Notes: generated by a model from the sequence alone, not told the origin. 63,156 bases of DNA, filler included, from Fonticula-like sp. SCN 57-25 (GCA_001724245.1; 12 parts of 12 records of this genome joined end to end with filler, not necessarily neighbours in it); one strand, 5' to 3'. Positions 37,115-50,235 are shown, counted from the whole stretch's first letter. Numbers and translations are program-made.

Positions 37115-37214
37115 NNNNNNNNNNNNNNNNNNNNNNNNNNNNNNNNNNNNNNNNNNNNTTAATTAATTAANNNNNNNNNNNNNNNNNNNNNNNNNNNNNN
37201 NNNNNNNNNNNNNN

Positions 37215-40200
37215 TGACATCGCTAATAAACTTGTTCGCCCACGTTTCCTTGACTGACGCCCAGTCCACAGCATACCCGTGCTGGACCGTGCTCGTCAGC
37301 CATGAAATGGACGTTAGATCGCCGTGCCGCGCAAACGCCTCCGACTTGTCTACCGCGTTATTACCCGACATGCGGTACACGAGCGGGAATCCAACTAATC
37401 GACCGCGCGTTAGAACAAAGGCGCAGCACTGGAGCACGCACCTTGGTCGACGACGTGCAGCTGCCGCAGCGAGTCAAGCTTTGGCACTGGCTGGCGCACT
37501 CGCTCATGCGCATAGTGAATCCACGCGGCGATGCGCACCAGCGGATGGTAAATATGTGCCTGAGTAGCGAGGCGGACAAACTCGCCGTACGGGAGCACGT
37601 CACAGTCGGTGTCGCTGCCCAAAAGTGCTGTGTGCACAAGGAGCTGCACGGGGTTGGAGAACTGCTGTTGCTCAGCCGAGGCCACTTGCGAACGTGCTGG
37701 GGCGCGGACTTTGTCGAGAAGTGTCCGCACAACCTGCAGGCTCATGTACTCGCCCTAGTCACGCGTCAGTGCCCTTCGTGGTGAGCCGCAAGATGTCGCG
37801 CACAATAGTCGGCAGCTTGTCGTGAAGAATAGCAGCTAGGCGATGCTCCGACTTGTCCCGGTAAGCGCGCGCTGTGTCCAGGACGTTGCGCATCGTCAAA
37901 ACATCGTCGCTAAAGAGGGCGCGCAGCGCCTTGTACCACCGCCGCATCTCGCCCTTAATATCCTGCAACCAACAATAAGACAAGATTTTCACAAGATTGT
38001 CATCGTACGTCGCTAATCTGATGAGCAAGAATCTTTTCAATATCAAGCCGGGCCGAGAGCGCTTGAATAACGACCATGGACTTTGACCCCAGCTTGGTCT
38101 TAAGCTCGCTCATGAGTGTGTGATCAAGCTCGTGCGAGCGATTGCCGAGCATAACCACCTTGAGCCAGCTGAGGCGCGTACCGATCCATTCAAAGAATTG
38201 GCGCTTAAGGTCGTCCGACAGCATATGAAACTAAGGGCAATGAGCACGCCGCGCGCGAACAATAAAATATAGCGTACCTCATCCGCAATAAGCAGCGACG
38301 GAACATCATCAGACGGAAAGTACTCATCGAGAAGGGATGAAAGCGCACGCTCCACGAGCTCGTCGTCACTACAGTCAATGCGGTGAATTGTGCGCCCTTT
38401 GGTGCTGGCCTGCATCTCTTCCATCTCAAAGGTCTTACCTGCGCCGGGGGGCGACACCAGGAACAGCACGAGTTGCTTTGAGTTATATAGCTCCTTGAAT
38501 TTAGACTCCCACTTGGCCACGAGGCAAGTATTGAAGGAGGCCTTGCTGTCCCATATCCCTGCAAACACGTCGAACCACCCGCCCTCCTCGGGCAAGATCG
38601 GCTGCCGCTCAAAGCGCACGGTGTGCATCTTGATGCCACTGCCGCCTGACGACGCATTACTGCGCCACTCGCTAATGGACGGCTGAATGTACAGCGCGTT
38701 GGTGCAGCGGTCGCGGTTCTCAGAAAAAGTGAAATACGAGTCCGTGTTCTCAAAGTAGACAAAGCGCCATGGGTACTTTTTCGTATACTCGCAAATCCAC
38801 TTGAGGAATAGGTCGCTCTGGATGGACGGCATGCCCTGCACGTATACAATGCACACATAGTCTACCATCCATTGTCAGTCATTTCAAGCCCAACATCAAT
38901 GCATCCCATGCGCGCGAACCCGAAAACTGCTGGATGATCTGAAGGTAGAGCATGTCGGGCGTGACGTCGGGCGACGATGCCTGGACGGCAATGTCAATTA
39001 CGCAGACTTGGAGGCCGGCCTTCTGCAGCTCGCTCAGCGTGCTTGTGTTGCAGAAGTAGACGCCGTACTTGGCATCCTTGCGCTGGATGTACGGGAGCAC
39101 CGCAGGCTCTATCGGGATCGCGTTGCAGTACATGGCCCGCCAGGGAGTGAAGGGACAATTGGTAGCCAGGCAGTGTGCAATGAGCCTCGTCTGGAAAAAA
39201 ACGCGGCGTGTGAGAAATGCAAAATCCAGCCTTCGAAAGCAAGCACGTACCTGCAAGTTTTCCGGTCGAACGGTCGCTTCGGGGAACTGGCAGGCAATGC
39301 GCCGGTGCACAAGCTGCAGAAACCACATCTTACATGCTCGGCGAAGTGGCGAGCGCAGCAGGTGGACCGCCCACTCGGCAAGAAGCGGGATCCGTTCCTT
39401 GTCCACGCCGGCAAAGAATTGTTCGTGGACAAAGAAGAACAGGTCCGTGCCGTCAGCACTTTGGTTCACAAAACGCAAGAGTGACGAAGTGACGGGCAGA
39501 GAAATCAGCGGCGTCACCTTGGGTGCAGTGAGGAACTGAACTCGGTCAAGGACGTCGGTCCCAAGCGGCGGAGCGCAGTTTGTATCGTCGTCCAAGCTCC
39601 ACTCGTCGTCCTCGTTTACCGCTAAAAGTATATCGTTAGCTTCAAAGCTCAGATGCAAGCCGAGAGCCGCACGAGAGCGTTGAAAGACCGTCGACAACAT
39701 GACCTTCTTAACAAAGGTAATGTGCTTCTTTACATCGTCCTGCTTGAAAATGCTGCCGAGTAGTGTGCGCGGCCAATCGCGTTTCATGATGTGCTGAAAG
39801 CATAGCAGCCACAGCGTGAGTAACAGCAATCATTTAAGCAGCCCGCGTCGTACTTGGCATTCTTGGCGGAGACTGGAGGCATTCCGCATGGCATCGGCCA
39901 GCTTCTCCCAGTCAACTTCGCCGTAATCGTTCAGCTGCTGGTGCAAGTAGTCGCCAAGGCTCTGGTCATCGGCTTCCTTCTCCTTTGTTCCGTCCCACAA
40001 GCTCAGAATAATTTCCGATAGCCTATCGAGCACGTCAACGCGCGGCCCTGGCTCGTCGCCCGCGATCTGAAATACGATGTCGCGCAGGACTTTGAAAAAA
40101 TCAATGACTTCGTCCTCCATGTAAAAATTAAGCGTTTTTGCATTCTCAATCACGTCCCACGGGTAAAAGTTTTGCGAATACCAGTCTTCGTCCTCGTTGA

Positions 40201-42324
40201 CGCTCTCGCTTGCGAGAAGCACGACTTCCCAGGCAAAGGTACTCTTGCGCTTTAGCATAGCCCCGTCTGCCAGCACGAGCGTCCCGACGGGGCTCGTGTT
40301 GATGAGCTGCGTCCACGCAACCAGGTTGTTGGCATAGTGCGCGACAATTTTCTTGGCCTCGTCGTGCTTGAGTTCCTCCAGGCTGCAACACTCGAGCAAG
40401 CGCAGCCCGTGTAGCGCGGACGCCATCCGTACAACGCCCGCGCCCCCTGGCTTGATACGCAGGTACGAGAATCCGCCTCCGCTGTTGCTGCTGCTGGTGG
40501 TGCAATCCTGATAATCCACTTGCAGCACGCTAGTTGCACTAATAACGGCTGGATCTTTGCTCAATGCAGGCATCGACACCACACTACGCCGGCTCTCAAT
40601 CGCAATCGATGCGGCCATCCCCACCACCGTGCCGGCGTTATCAGCACGCGGTGTAAAGAAATCGTGGAGGGTCACTAAGGAAACACGCGGATCGCCATTA
40701 GGTTCAGATGTTGCATGCGCGGGTGCGCGAGGAGCCGGGCGGGCCAGCGGCCCGGCGCGGACAATTGATTTCACATACGCAAACGTCAGGTCAGCGGTCG
40801 GGTCAACGCGGCGGAACTGCTCGAGGAGCTGCTTGCTTTCAAGATCCTTAATAATCCCCTCAATGTTGAAGTTTTCGTCGGGCGACATTATGAAAGACGG
40901 GAACAATTTGATCTCGAGTACAGTGAGCTTGCAGCATGGTACGCGGTTTCGGGCGCAGTTTTGAAGAAAAATGGCGACTGCCAGCGACGTGCTCGGAGAA
41001 AGACCAATACGACTTATCATGGCGCGCGTCATTACGGCAAACGCGACGCGCTCGATGGCCTTGTCTTCAACCAGCCGACTCAAAAAACTGTCCAGGAGCT
41101 TGTTGCAAAGATCAATCGGCGACTGGCCATCCTCATTCGCGGCCTCGAGCAGCCGACGCAAAAGTAAAGCAAGCGTGTGCGCAGGGCTTTCGAAGCCCGT
41201 CATGTCGATATGCCCCGACTTTAGTGGCGCCTTCAAAACCGGCAAGAACGCCTCAGCAGCGATCGCCGGGAACTCCTCGACGCACATGCGCCACACCGCT
41301 TCCCGGCGGCACTCCTGCGCAAGGTCATGCAAGAGAGCAATGCGCTCGCTGCTGGCGCCGAGACCTAGAGCAAATGTCGACACAACTTGCGTGGTAAACT
41401 CAATGTCTTGTCCACGGTGACCAAAGAAAACGCGGCCAAATCGCCCCTGTGGCAGATGTAGCGTGACGTCGAGGAAGGAGGGCAGTGGCGCGAGCGTTCC
41501 CTCTGAAATGTGCGACGCGGACCCCTCAATCCAGTTAATATCGTTGCAGTACTCGCCAAGCAACTGCTTAACTCGCTGCCACGAAATGCCGGCAGCGGCA
41601 AACCACGCGAGGATGCAGTTTGCTACAAAGGTGCGCGTCGGAATGCTATTACTCTCCGTCTCAGAGTACTGCACACGCGGAAGATTGATGAGTGCGCTCA
41701 GGTTCATGCCGACAATCTGAGGCGACACGCCGGTCGTGAGATTGTACTCGAGCTCGTGCTTGATCATGGGCGATGTTCGCTTTTTTACGTCTAAATCCGC
41801 TCGTTGAAGCATGGTGATATGGGCCTCTGATAGCGGGCGCTGGCAAAAGAAAAAGCGTGTCAGAGGAGTTCTACGCATACAAGCAATGACGCACAAGAGC
41901 AAAGCGGAGCGAGTAGGAAGCGGCGACTGACGAGCCCTTTTGACAAACAACAACAAATTCCTCCTGTATCGCCTCGTCTGGGCGCTGCTTCAGCCTAAAG
42001 TAGCGGAAGGCCTCCAAATCCAGATACTCGGGCGCGACAAAGTAGAGCGCCAGCGGCGATGCCGCGCGTAGATTGGAAAGCAACAACTCGACAACGGCAG
42101 GGCGCTCATTCAGTGCCTAAAAAGAAACAATAGCGCGCGTCAGATTTGGTCGGTTAAGCAGGCGAACGCGTACCTCTTGAAGAACGTCCAGCTGGTGCTT
42201 TTCGAGCTCGAAAGGAATGCGCCATACCGGGTCTGCAAGCCACAGGCACATAGACAGGACCTTTACATTGCTGCGGCGCGATTTTGACAGCTCTCTGGTC
42301 AAAAATGGCCGGGACGATGGACGG
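37215..42324 (-). CDS. Giant uncharacterised protein with a P-loop NTPase domain (both ends truncated)
   Basis: About 10 phase-compatible GT-AG introns join the ORFs into one frame across the contig. Walker A FLVSPPGAGKT; Walker B LLIADE|FH. Confidence 0.75.
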
Positions 42325-42424
42325 NNNNNNNNNNNNNNNNNNNNNNNNNNNNNNNNNNNNNNNNNNNNTTAATTAATTAANNNNNNNNNNNNNNNNNNNN
42401 NNNNNNNNNNNNNNNNNNNNNNNN

Positions 42425-43533
42425 GTCCTTAAAAGCCCTCCATAATCCCCCTTTGTCAGCTTTGGATGATTAACCGCCGCAAACGTCGCCTCCAACGCAT
42501 CTTTTCTCTCCTTCCACTTTGCAGACGCCAGCTGCTCACTGAGGTCCGCGGGCACCTTTGCCAGCCCGTCCACCGGGTCAATCAAGCTCAGCGGGTCAAT
42601 TTCGACCGCCGCCGCGTCACCTTGCTCGTCGCCCGCGTCGCCCTGCTCGTCCCCGTCACCTTTTACGGTGCCCGCCGCCGGCTGACCCCTCGCGGCGGCC
42701 TCTTCCATGACCTTTCTCTGCGCGCGCGTGAACCGCGTCGGCGTCGCCTTGCCCGCCGGCAGCAGCTCGAACGCGGCCGTGAGCTCGTTGCGCTGCACGG
42801 GCTTGAGGTCTTCCAGAAAGGTGTTGATGGTCGCGCCGATCCAGCGGTAAATTTCGACGGCGAGTTTCGTTGTTTCGGCGCGGACAGACTTGTCGGCGTG
42901 GCCGAAAAGCTTGCCGAGGACCTTGACGATCGGCTTGATGTTGACGGTGGGGGCGCCAAAGGATTCGAGCGAGGAGAAGATGACGTTGATGCAGGCGGCG
43001 ACGAGTTTGGGGAGCTTGTGGTCAGAGTAGGTCAGCAGCTCATCCTGATGATTCGGTTAGCAGATTGGATTCAGATGTTGATGTTCAATGCGTACGATGA
43101 CGGGCTCGGGGCCGTCGATTTCCATTGCGGTTAAGAGGGCTTCTTGGGCCTTGGTCTTGGTTGAGGCGCGCGCGGCTGTCAGGCCTTTTTCGATGAGCGA
43201 GCCGGTGACTTGGCTGCGGAAGCGGCCGGCAATGTCGGCCTGAAGAAGAAAGAGCGTGACCATGTCGAGGCCGGCATCGAGGGCCGCGGCGTTGGAATCG
43301 CTCGCGGCTTTTTTCATGTAGCCGGCATACTTGGCGTACTCGGGATCATCACCGGGTTCCAGACGCTTGAATGCTTTTGCGACGTCCTCGTAGCCGCTCA
43401 GTCGCGCTTTCCACGACTAGACGCGCGCGCGAACCACATCGTTAGCACGCAAAGGAATCAAGCGCGCCATTCGCACCTTGTGCTCGAGTCGATCTGTGAT
43501 GGAAAGAGACGAAAAGTCCTCCTGTTCCGCCAT
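42425..43533 (-). CDS. CKAP5: XMAP215/ch-TOG (Stu2/Alp14) microtubule polymerase, TOG1 region (3'-truncated)
   Basis: DRLEHK|SWKARLSGYE, DSNAAA, LFGHADKSVRAE...L.VEIYRWIG and LASAKWKERKDALE. Confidence 0.92.
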
Positions 43534-44198
43534 GGTCCGCTACTCTGCTCCCTTTTCTGCGCGCCCGACAATGTCTACCAGGCAAGCGTGCAGTATGGAT
43601 TCAGAGAAACAGCGGTTGTCCGCGGGCAGATCGGCGTAATCTTTCGAGTTTTGGCGGAATTTTTCAAAAACGGTCTGATCAAACGTCATGGATGACGTCA
43701 TCATCGGAAACGATGCTCGACACATGAGGACCATCGGGGCATCGAGCAAGAAGTTTAAAAAATAAAATAAAGCGAGCAATGGGCAGTGAAAGTAGCAAAA
43801 TAAATGTTAAAACATGTGTTTTATTCAAATGGAACATTATTCTGCAATAAAGCAAAATTCTAAGCGTTGTCGCGAGGTTGTTTCGTGCAGGAACAGATCG
43901 GGAGGAACCAAAAAGGAGAAGAAAAAAGCGCTGGTCGAATACCGACAATAAGCGATGCAATAGCATCAGCACGGCACGCATAAGTGTACTCGCAAATAAC
44001 AACAAGGAACGAAGCAGACGGCAAAGGGAAAAAGGGTAATTGCGGTACACATACTCGCCGGGGTGCAGCAGGCACATACTTTGATGTACAGTTAATATCA
44101 CAGAATCATCAGCAAAGCAAGTGCTGCGGGAAGAAAAAAGGCCCAAAAAACAACAACGAAACACGCAAACCGGCTCTGTGGCCGCGCTTGCTTGTGGC

Positions 44199-44215
44199 TC
44201 ATTTCCTCTGCCCGA

Positions 44216-44251
<36 letters not shown>

Positions 44252-45392
44252 ATGCCGCGGCCGCCGTCGCCGCCTCGTAGAGCATTGCGCCGTCGCCGTT
44301 GCCCGCGTCGACGTCGCCGCTGCTGCCCGGCGCGCCCGCGAGCGACGCGCTGTTGCTGCTGTCGGTCGACGAGTTCCTTCGCGACGCCGGCTCCTTGACC
44401 TGGTCGCCCGACTTTAACCCCTTTTCCTTCATCTGCTTCCTGAGGTTGTCGAGGTACTTTTTACTGACGCCGTAGATGGCCAGAAAGAGGTCGCGCGAGA
44501 TGGGCGTATTGTGGTCAAAGCAGTAGAACGTGTGCATATTCTTGCGCTTGGCGTTGCGCAGTCGCCTGCTGCGCGTCGTGTCGCCGCCGTCGAGCACGCT
44601 CAGCATGCCAAACATAAAGTAGTCGCGCTGCTCCCGCGTCATCTCGAAAAAGGCGCGGCGCCGCTTGGCGACCTCCTCGACGTCGAGCTTGTCCCAGGGG
44701 CCCTGGGGGTGCAGCTCGCGGATCGCGTTCACGTCCGCCTGAAAGTCAATGTCGCGGTCGCGGTCGTACTTTACGGCGCTGCCTTTGGCCTTGCCCATGC
44801 TCGACATCGAGCTCGATGCGCCGCCGGATGAGGACGGCGCCGAGGAGACCATGTGGCCGCCCATGCCGCGCATGCCGCCGGCGCCGCTGGGTGCGCCGCG
44901 GGGGCCGCTCGGGGGAGGCAAAAGCGTGCCGGGGGCTTGCATGTAGGGGAGGCCAAAGGGCTGGCGCTCCAGCTGCGCAACCGCGGCGACGGCGGCGGCC
45001 AGCATCGCGTTCGACTGCGTCGACGATGAACCGCCGTGTGTTCCAAAGGGATCCCCGTGCTGCGCGCCGTACGCGTTCATCGTGTCCTGCATCGAGACGC
45101 CCGAGGACGACGCCTGGCCGCCGGCCGAGGCCGAGTACAGATCATTCAGGGAACCGTGGGAAGGATTGTAGTTGGGGAGCATCGGGACACCGCGCGACGA
45201 TCCGCCAGAAGAAGCCTGCGAAACAGAATGGTGGTTAAAGTGGCCGACCCCGTGGGTCATCTGATGTTCAAAGGAGACGTTCTGGGACTCGTCGGCAGGG
45301 GGCGGCGCCCCGGCCTGGTTCTGCCTTCCTAATGACCCATCACTCACAGGTAAGCCCGTGCAAAAACACACACAACCGAGCGCACCCATCAT
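44199..45392 (-). CDS. Putative DNA-binding protein with a transposase-N-terminal-like domain flanked by low-complexity/polyQ regions
   Basis: Globular core FFEMTREQRDYFMFGMLSVL...FYCFDHNTPISRDLFLAIYGVSKKYLDNLRKQMKEKGL; Ser/Gly-rich N-terminus and Q11 tail. Confidence 0.65.
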
Positions 45393-46340
45393 CCTGAAAA
45401 CGGTTGAGTAAAAGGGCGCAACAGTATGGGTCTAAATACACCACAGCTTTTTTTCGCCTCGAAGCTTCCACGCTGCTTCCACCGTCCTTCTTGCCCTGTT
45501 TATAGCGGGCTCGAGGAAAACGCTTTTATTTACTCGGCACCTGATCACTGCGCCACCCTAACGGATTGTGGCGCCCGCGGAGAGGCAAAGTGGATTATGA
45601 GATGATTAATCACTTTGATCCGATCGGTGGACAAAGTGCGCTCTTGAGGGTGGCCCAACGGACTTTGCCCAGCGTTATCTATCAATATTGCAAATTAGGA
45701 AACCTGCCGGGACACGGAGCTTCGTAGACCAGTTTTCACCTAATTGGCCGCCATAATTGCAAGGGATTCACTTCAGTAGAGCGCCCTGTGAAGACATTTT
45801 GGAGTTTCGGCGGAGGATTCGAAGGATCACTTTGTTCCCATTCCTACTGACATCTTGATGGGCTCAACTTTCACTCCGAATCTCCCATAAAAGGCAAGTT
45901 GCATACCGAACACGAGCACCGGGGTTCCATAAAAGGAGCGAGCTTGACCACTGCCCTGCGACCTGACATCGAACGATTTCATACGGGCCTTTCGCGCGCG
46001 CGCATTTCGACGGAGAAATCGAAAGCAACTTTCATACTGTATTCAGCGGGCAATATTGGATCATCATCTTGCTGTTGCATAGTGGTGCAACATTCCATTA
46101 TTGTTTGTTTACTCTGGGCGTGCATGGCAGTACACTGTATCGATCGTTATGCCCCCTATATCGGTTGAGGGCGCCATGAATGATATCAAATACCCCAATG
46201 TTTCCATTATAGTATCTAAAAATACCAATGATCGAGTCTATTTGACGGCTTTTGGCGCAGAATAACACAATAAAAGTACAAATGTTTTATAATACATAAC
46301 TAAAACTACACTTTTTACTATGAACTTGTCCGCCGTTCTT

Positions 46341-47386
46341 TCATCGCCGCCGATGATCCTCGGCAGACGCCGACGACCTGCCAAGCCCCGACGGCCCCCT
46401 TGACGACGAATAATTCCCGCGTACCAAATGCGGATTATACTGCGCATGGTACCGCCTATTATTACCCATTTAATGTCAGCACACATACGGAAAAAGAAAG
46501 TGCGTACCCCGCCGGCAAGGGGCGATCCTCGACAGCGCGCCTCGCCCCGGTCAGTTCCTCGACGCGCGCCTTTTCGTTCCGCTCGCGGGCAAGTCGCTCG
46601 GCCCTCAGCTTTGCCATCTTGTCGGCGGCAGAAAGTGGCGCAGAAGGTGTCGTAGTTGTTTGTGGCGTCGGCGGCGGCGGGGCTTGGCGCTCGCGGCGTG
46701 ACGGCCTGCGCGAAGGATCGGCCGTCCTGGCGTGCTTTTTGATGAGCGACAACGGGTCTTCCCGCGCGAGCGTGCGGTTATGGCGCGACCTGCGAGCACA
46801 CTTTTGGTCAGCAGCAGGCACGGCGGACATCAAAAGTCAAGCGAAATGACGTACTTTTTGCGCTTTTCTTGTGGGTCGTCCTTGCCCGCGTCGGTCTCGC
46901 GCGGCGCGTCCTGCTGCGTGAGCGACGCCTGCCCGCTCCAGTACCACGGCTTCTTGTCGGCGAGCTCGACGGCGCCTTCGCCGAGGTACGTGTTGGCGAG
47001 GCGCATCTGCTTGGCCTGCACGGCTTTTTCTTCCTTTGCACGCTCAGAGTTGACCGCCGTGAGGGCCGCGCGCGAGCTCTCTTTCTCTTCCAGGTAAAAC
47101 AGGTTGAGGTGCTGGTCGACTTTCCAGTCGGCGTCGGACACGTCGTCTTCAGCCGCTTCATCGTGGCCGGGATCCCGAGCGCGCTTGCGAAGAAGCTCGA
47201 GGCGCTCGGCCTGCGTCGTCTGGGTCGTGCGCGATTCGGCGGCCGCCTCCTTGTCGCGCGCCGCGGCCTCGTCCCGCTCTATCCGCGCGATATTGTCCTT
47301 GTTCCATATATGCCAACTGCAGGGTGTTAGTCGCGTACAAGGGGATCAGATCCGGCGCACCTCTTGTGTTGCAGCAGGTGCGTCAT
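46341..47386 (-). CDS. LENG1: LENG1-like (Cir_N domain) protein, 4 exons
   Basis: LLQHK|SWHIWNKDNIARIERDE, HLNLF, KPWY, EDPL, KLRAERLARE and YHAQYNP. Confidence 0.85.
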
Positions 47387-47635
47387 CGTGATGTGGGAGT
47401 AGGGAGCAAGTTCGCCTCGTTCTGGTCAGATAACTATAAAGCCTAACAACTTGCCGTTCCAATTGTCACTTCAAAAGAGTATGGGGGATGCAGAATAAGC
47501 ACTGATGAACCGTGACCCTGCTGCTGCTCGCCGCTNNNNNNNNNNNNNNNNNNNNNNNNNNNNNNNNNNNNNNNNNNNNTTAATTAATTAANNNNNNNNN
47601 NNNNNNNNNNNNNNNNNNNNNNNNNNNNNNNNNNN

Positions 47636-48682
47636 AATGCTCGCCTCGTCCACCTCGTCGATCAGCGCGAGCAGCTGCTTGTGCGTCTCATCCTCGTACT
47701 TTACAAAAATGTCGGCGAGCTTGAGCTCGTCAAAGAGCGCCTTTACGACCTTTTCGCTCTCGTCGTCCTTGCGGCCGTAGTGCTGCTCGAGCACGCGGCG
47801 CTGCTCTGGCGTGACAATGTCGAGCGCCTTGTTGATCAGCCACGAGCTAATGGCATGGCGTCAGCATCAGAAAGGAATCAAATGAGATCTGTGCGCGTAC
47901 CACTTGTTGTCCTTGATGTCGGTGCCGATCTTGCCGATCACGGCGGGATCGCCAAAGCAATCGAGGTAGTCATCCTGGATCTGAAAGTACTCGCCCATCA
48001 CGAGGAGGATGCGGCGCGCGGTCGCAAAGCTCGGGGCATCCGCCTTGTGGCCCGCCATGAGGAGCGCGAGCGCCACGGGGAGGTAGAAAGAGTAGTACGC
48101 CGTCTTGAACTCGACGATGTAGCGGTACTTTGTCATCGAGAAGCGCGCGAGATCGACATTGTCCTCGGGCGCCGTGATCAGATCCAACAGCTGGCCGAGC
48201 TCGGTCTGGTACGTCACCTCGTGCATCAAGTCGAGGAGATCGACGTAGTAGGGCTCCTTGCCAAAGTGCTTCTTGAGGAAGCGGTAGATGCACGACTCGA
48301 GCAGAAAGGCATCGTTGATGGCGACCATGCCGACCTCGGGCATCTTGTACCAGCAGGGGGCGCCGCGGCGCGTCACAGAGCCGTCCATAATGTCGTCTGA
48401 CACGAGGAAAAACGCCTGAAGCCACTCGACGCACCAGCCGAGCACGTACGTGCGCTCGAGCTCGATCTTTGTCAGCTCGCGCTCGCCGACGAGCGAGCGG
48501 TACGTGTCGATCACCGAGAGGCCGCGGTTCATCTTGCCGCCCTGCACATTGTGCTCGAGGCTGCGGCTGAACCAGTCAAACGCATTCTCAGGAAGGCGGA
48601 AGGCGGGCGTCTTGAGGTCAGACAGAATGTCAGCCTTGAGCTGATCGAAAAAGGCGACAAACGCCTCGCGCTCGGCCGCCAT
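47636..48682 (-). CDS. FDPS: Farnesyl diphosphate synthase (3'-truncated)
   Basis: [48 protein letters not shown] and FQIQDDYLD. Confidence 0.95.
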
Positions 48683-48867
48683 CCCTCGCAAACGCTGGCG
48701 TGATTGTGCTAAAGTAAGGCCATCTTTCGCGTGCGTGTGATTGGCTGAAATATTGCTTCGCTCGCGTGTGATTGGTTGATAGGAATCATGTCATGCACTG
48801 ATTGGTCAGCACGTCGCGCCACCCCCTGCACACACACTGCTGCTGTACCTCTGCCGTTGCTCGGGCC
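48683..48867. promoter_or_regulatory. Bidirectional FDPS/EBP promoter with three phased inverted CCAAT boxes
   Basis: ATTGG at 48740, 48771 and 48801. The first two lie in a direct repeat GCGTGTGATTGG(C/T)TGA. Confidence 0.7.
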
Positions 48868-49561
48868 ATGTCGGCGCACCCTTACGTTCCCACGGACCTT
48901 GTCCTGCCGTCCTACGTCCCGAACCAGGACGGTCTTGAGGTGATCCTCGGCAGCTTCTTTTCTGTCTGCGCGGCCGTCGGCGTCATCACCATCACGGCGG
49001 CATGGCGCTCCAAGCATCTCTCGACCGCCGAGCGCCTCATCGTGTGCTGGATGACGCTCTGCGCGGGCATCCACTTTTTCCTCGAGGGCTACTACAGCGT
49101 GTACAACCGCTCCTTCCTCGGCAAGCAGGACATTCTCGCCCAGATCTGTACGCATCCCCATTTTCCCGCGCGATGTTCGCTGACATCCCGCAGGGAAAGA
49201 GTACGCGCAGAGCGACAGCCGCTACGCCTCGAGCGACTCTTTCATCGTCGGCATGGAAACCGTGACGGCCTTCGTCGAAGGCCCGCTCGCCTTCCTCGCC
49301 GTCCTCTGCTACTTTGCCGGCCGCCGCCGCCTCGCCGACATGCTCGCGCTCCTCACATCCGTCGGCGAGTTTTACGGATGCGTGCTCTACTTTGCCATGG
49401 AGTGGCTCGACGGCTTCTCGCACGGCCGCCCAGAGCCAATGTACTTTTGGTTCTACTTTTTCTTTATGAATTTCCTGTGGATCGTCTTCCCGGCGCTCAT
49501 CATCATCCGCAACGTGCCCATCCTCGTCGCCGAGCCCAAGCCCATTTCCGCCAAAAAGTAA
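48868..49561 (+). CDS. EBP: Sterol delta8-delta7 isomerase (EBP), 2 exons
   Basis: HPYVP.DL.LP.Y.PN, IHFFLEGY, Q.WKEYAQSDSRY, METVTAFVEGPL and YFWFYFFFMNFLWIVFP. Confidence 0.92.
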
Positions 49562-50235
49562 CCCTTTTTTGCCCTTTTCAACTTGTTCTTTTGCTCAATA
49601 AAAAGAAAGAAAGTGTATTGAAGTATCGATATGATGTTTCAGCTAAACAACCTTGCTCAGAGACAACCCCTAGGCGCGCGCAGCAGCAACGCGCAATGCC
49701 GAGCGACACCCACGATCCGCCCAATACGAAAAACAAAAAGACACACACGGGATCTTGAACGGGAAGCCGCATGCGAAACCCAGCATCATCACCGTGCAAG
49801 GCGTTCGCGCGAGACATGAAATGCGTGAAAAGCAAAACAACAAAGAAGGAAAGCAAGACGAGACAAAGATGATGATAGATGGGTCGTCAAGAGAAATAAT
49901 AAAGCAACGATTCCATTATCGAAACGCGGCCACACAGAAAATGGGACCTCCCCCCATTGAGACCAAAAGGACAGAAAACGAGTAGTGCTACCGGACCAGT
50001 AGAGCAACGATAGAGAGAGAGAGTGGGCAAATGGATTGAAGTTGCTATACATGCAGATGGCGGGCACCTGCGCATGAAAGTTGCTTGAACAGATGGGAGA
50101 AAAACCGGGTTGACGGGGAGGAGAAGAGGAGGCGGGAGAGAGGCCCACGCTGCGACGAGCGGCGGCCGATCGTAAAAAAAAAGATAAAGGAAAACAGAAA
50201 GACCTCAAGAACGCTGACTCAGCATCGCCTTACAC

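Noticed and set aside
38879-38881. In-frame TGA in the giant NTPase suggesting readthrough or selenocysteine
   Set aside because: It falls inside a phase-compatible GTTCGC...CTGAC...GGTAG intron. The stops at 38000 and 37759 are likewise intronic.
45420-46230. Possible structured ncRNA (RNase MRP/P, snoRNA, snRNA) in a long intergenic region
   Set aside because: I could not find convincing conserved boxes or helices by eye; an Infernal/Rfam scan would be needed.
29323-49561. Apparent larger sterol cluster (HSD17B7 + FDPS + EBP)
   Set aside because: HSD17B7 is on a different contig; only FDPS-EBP adjacency is real.
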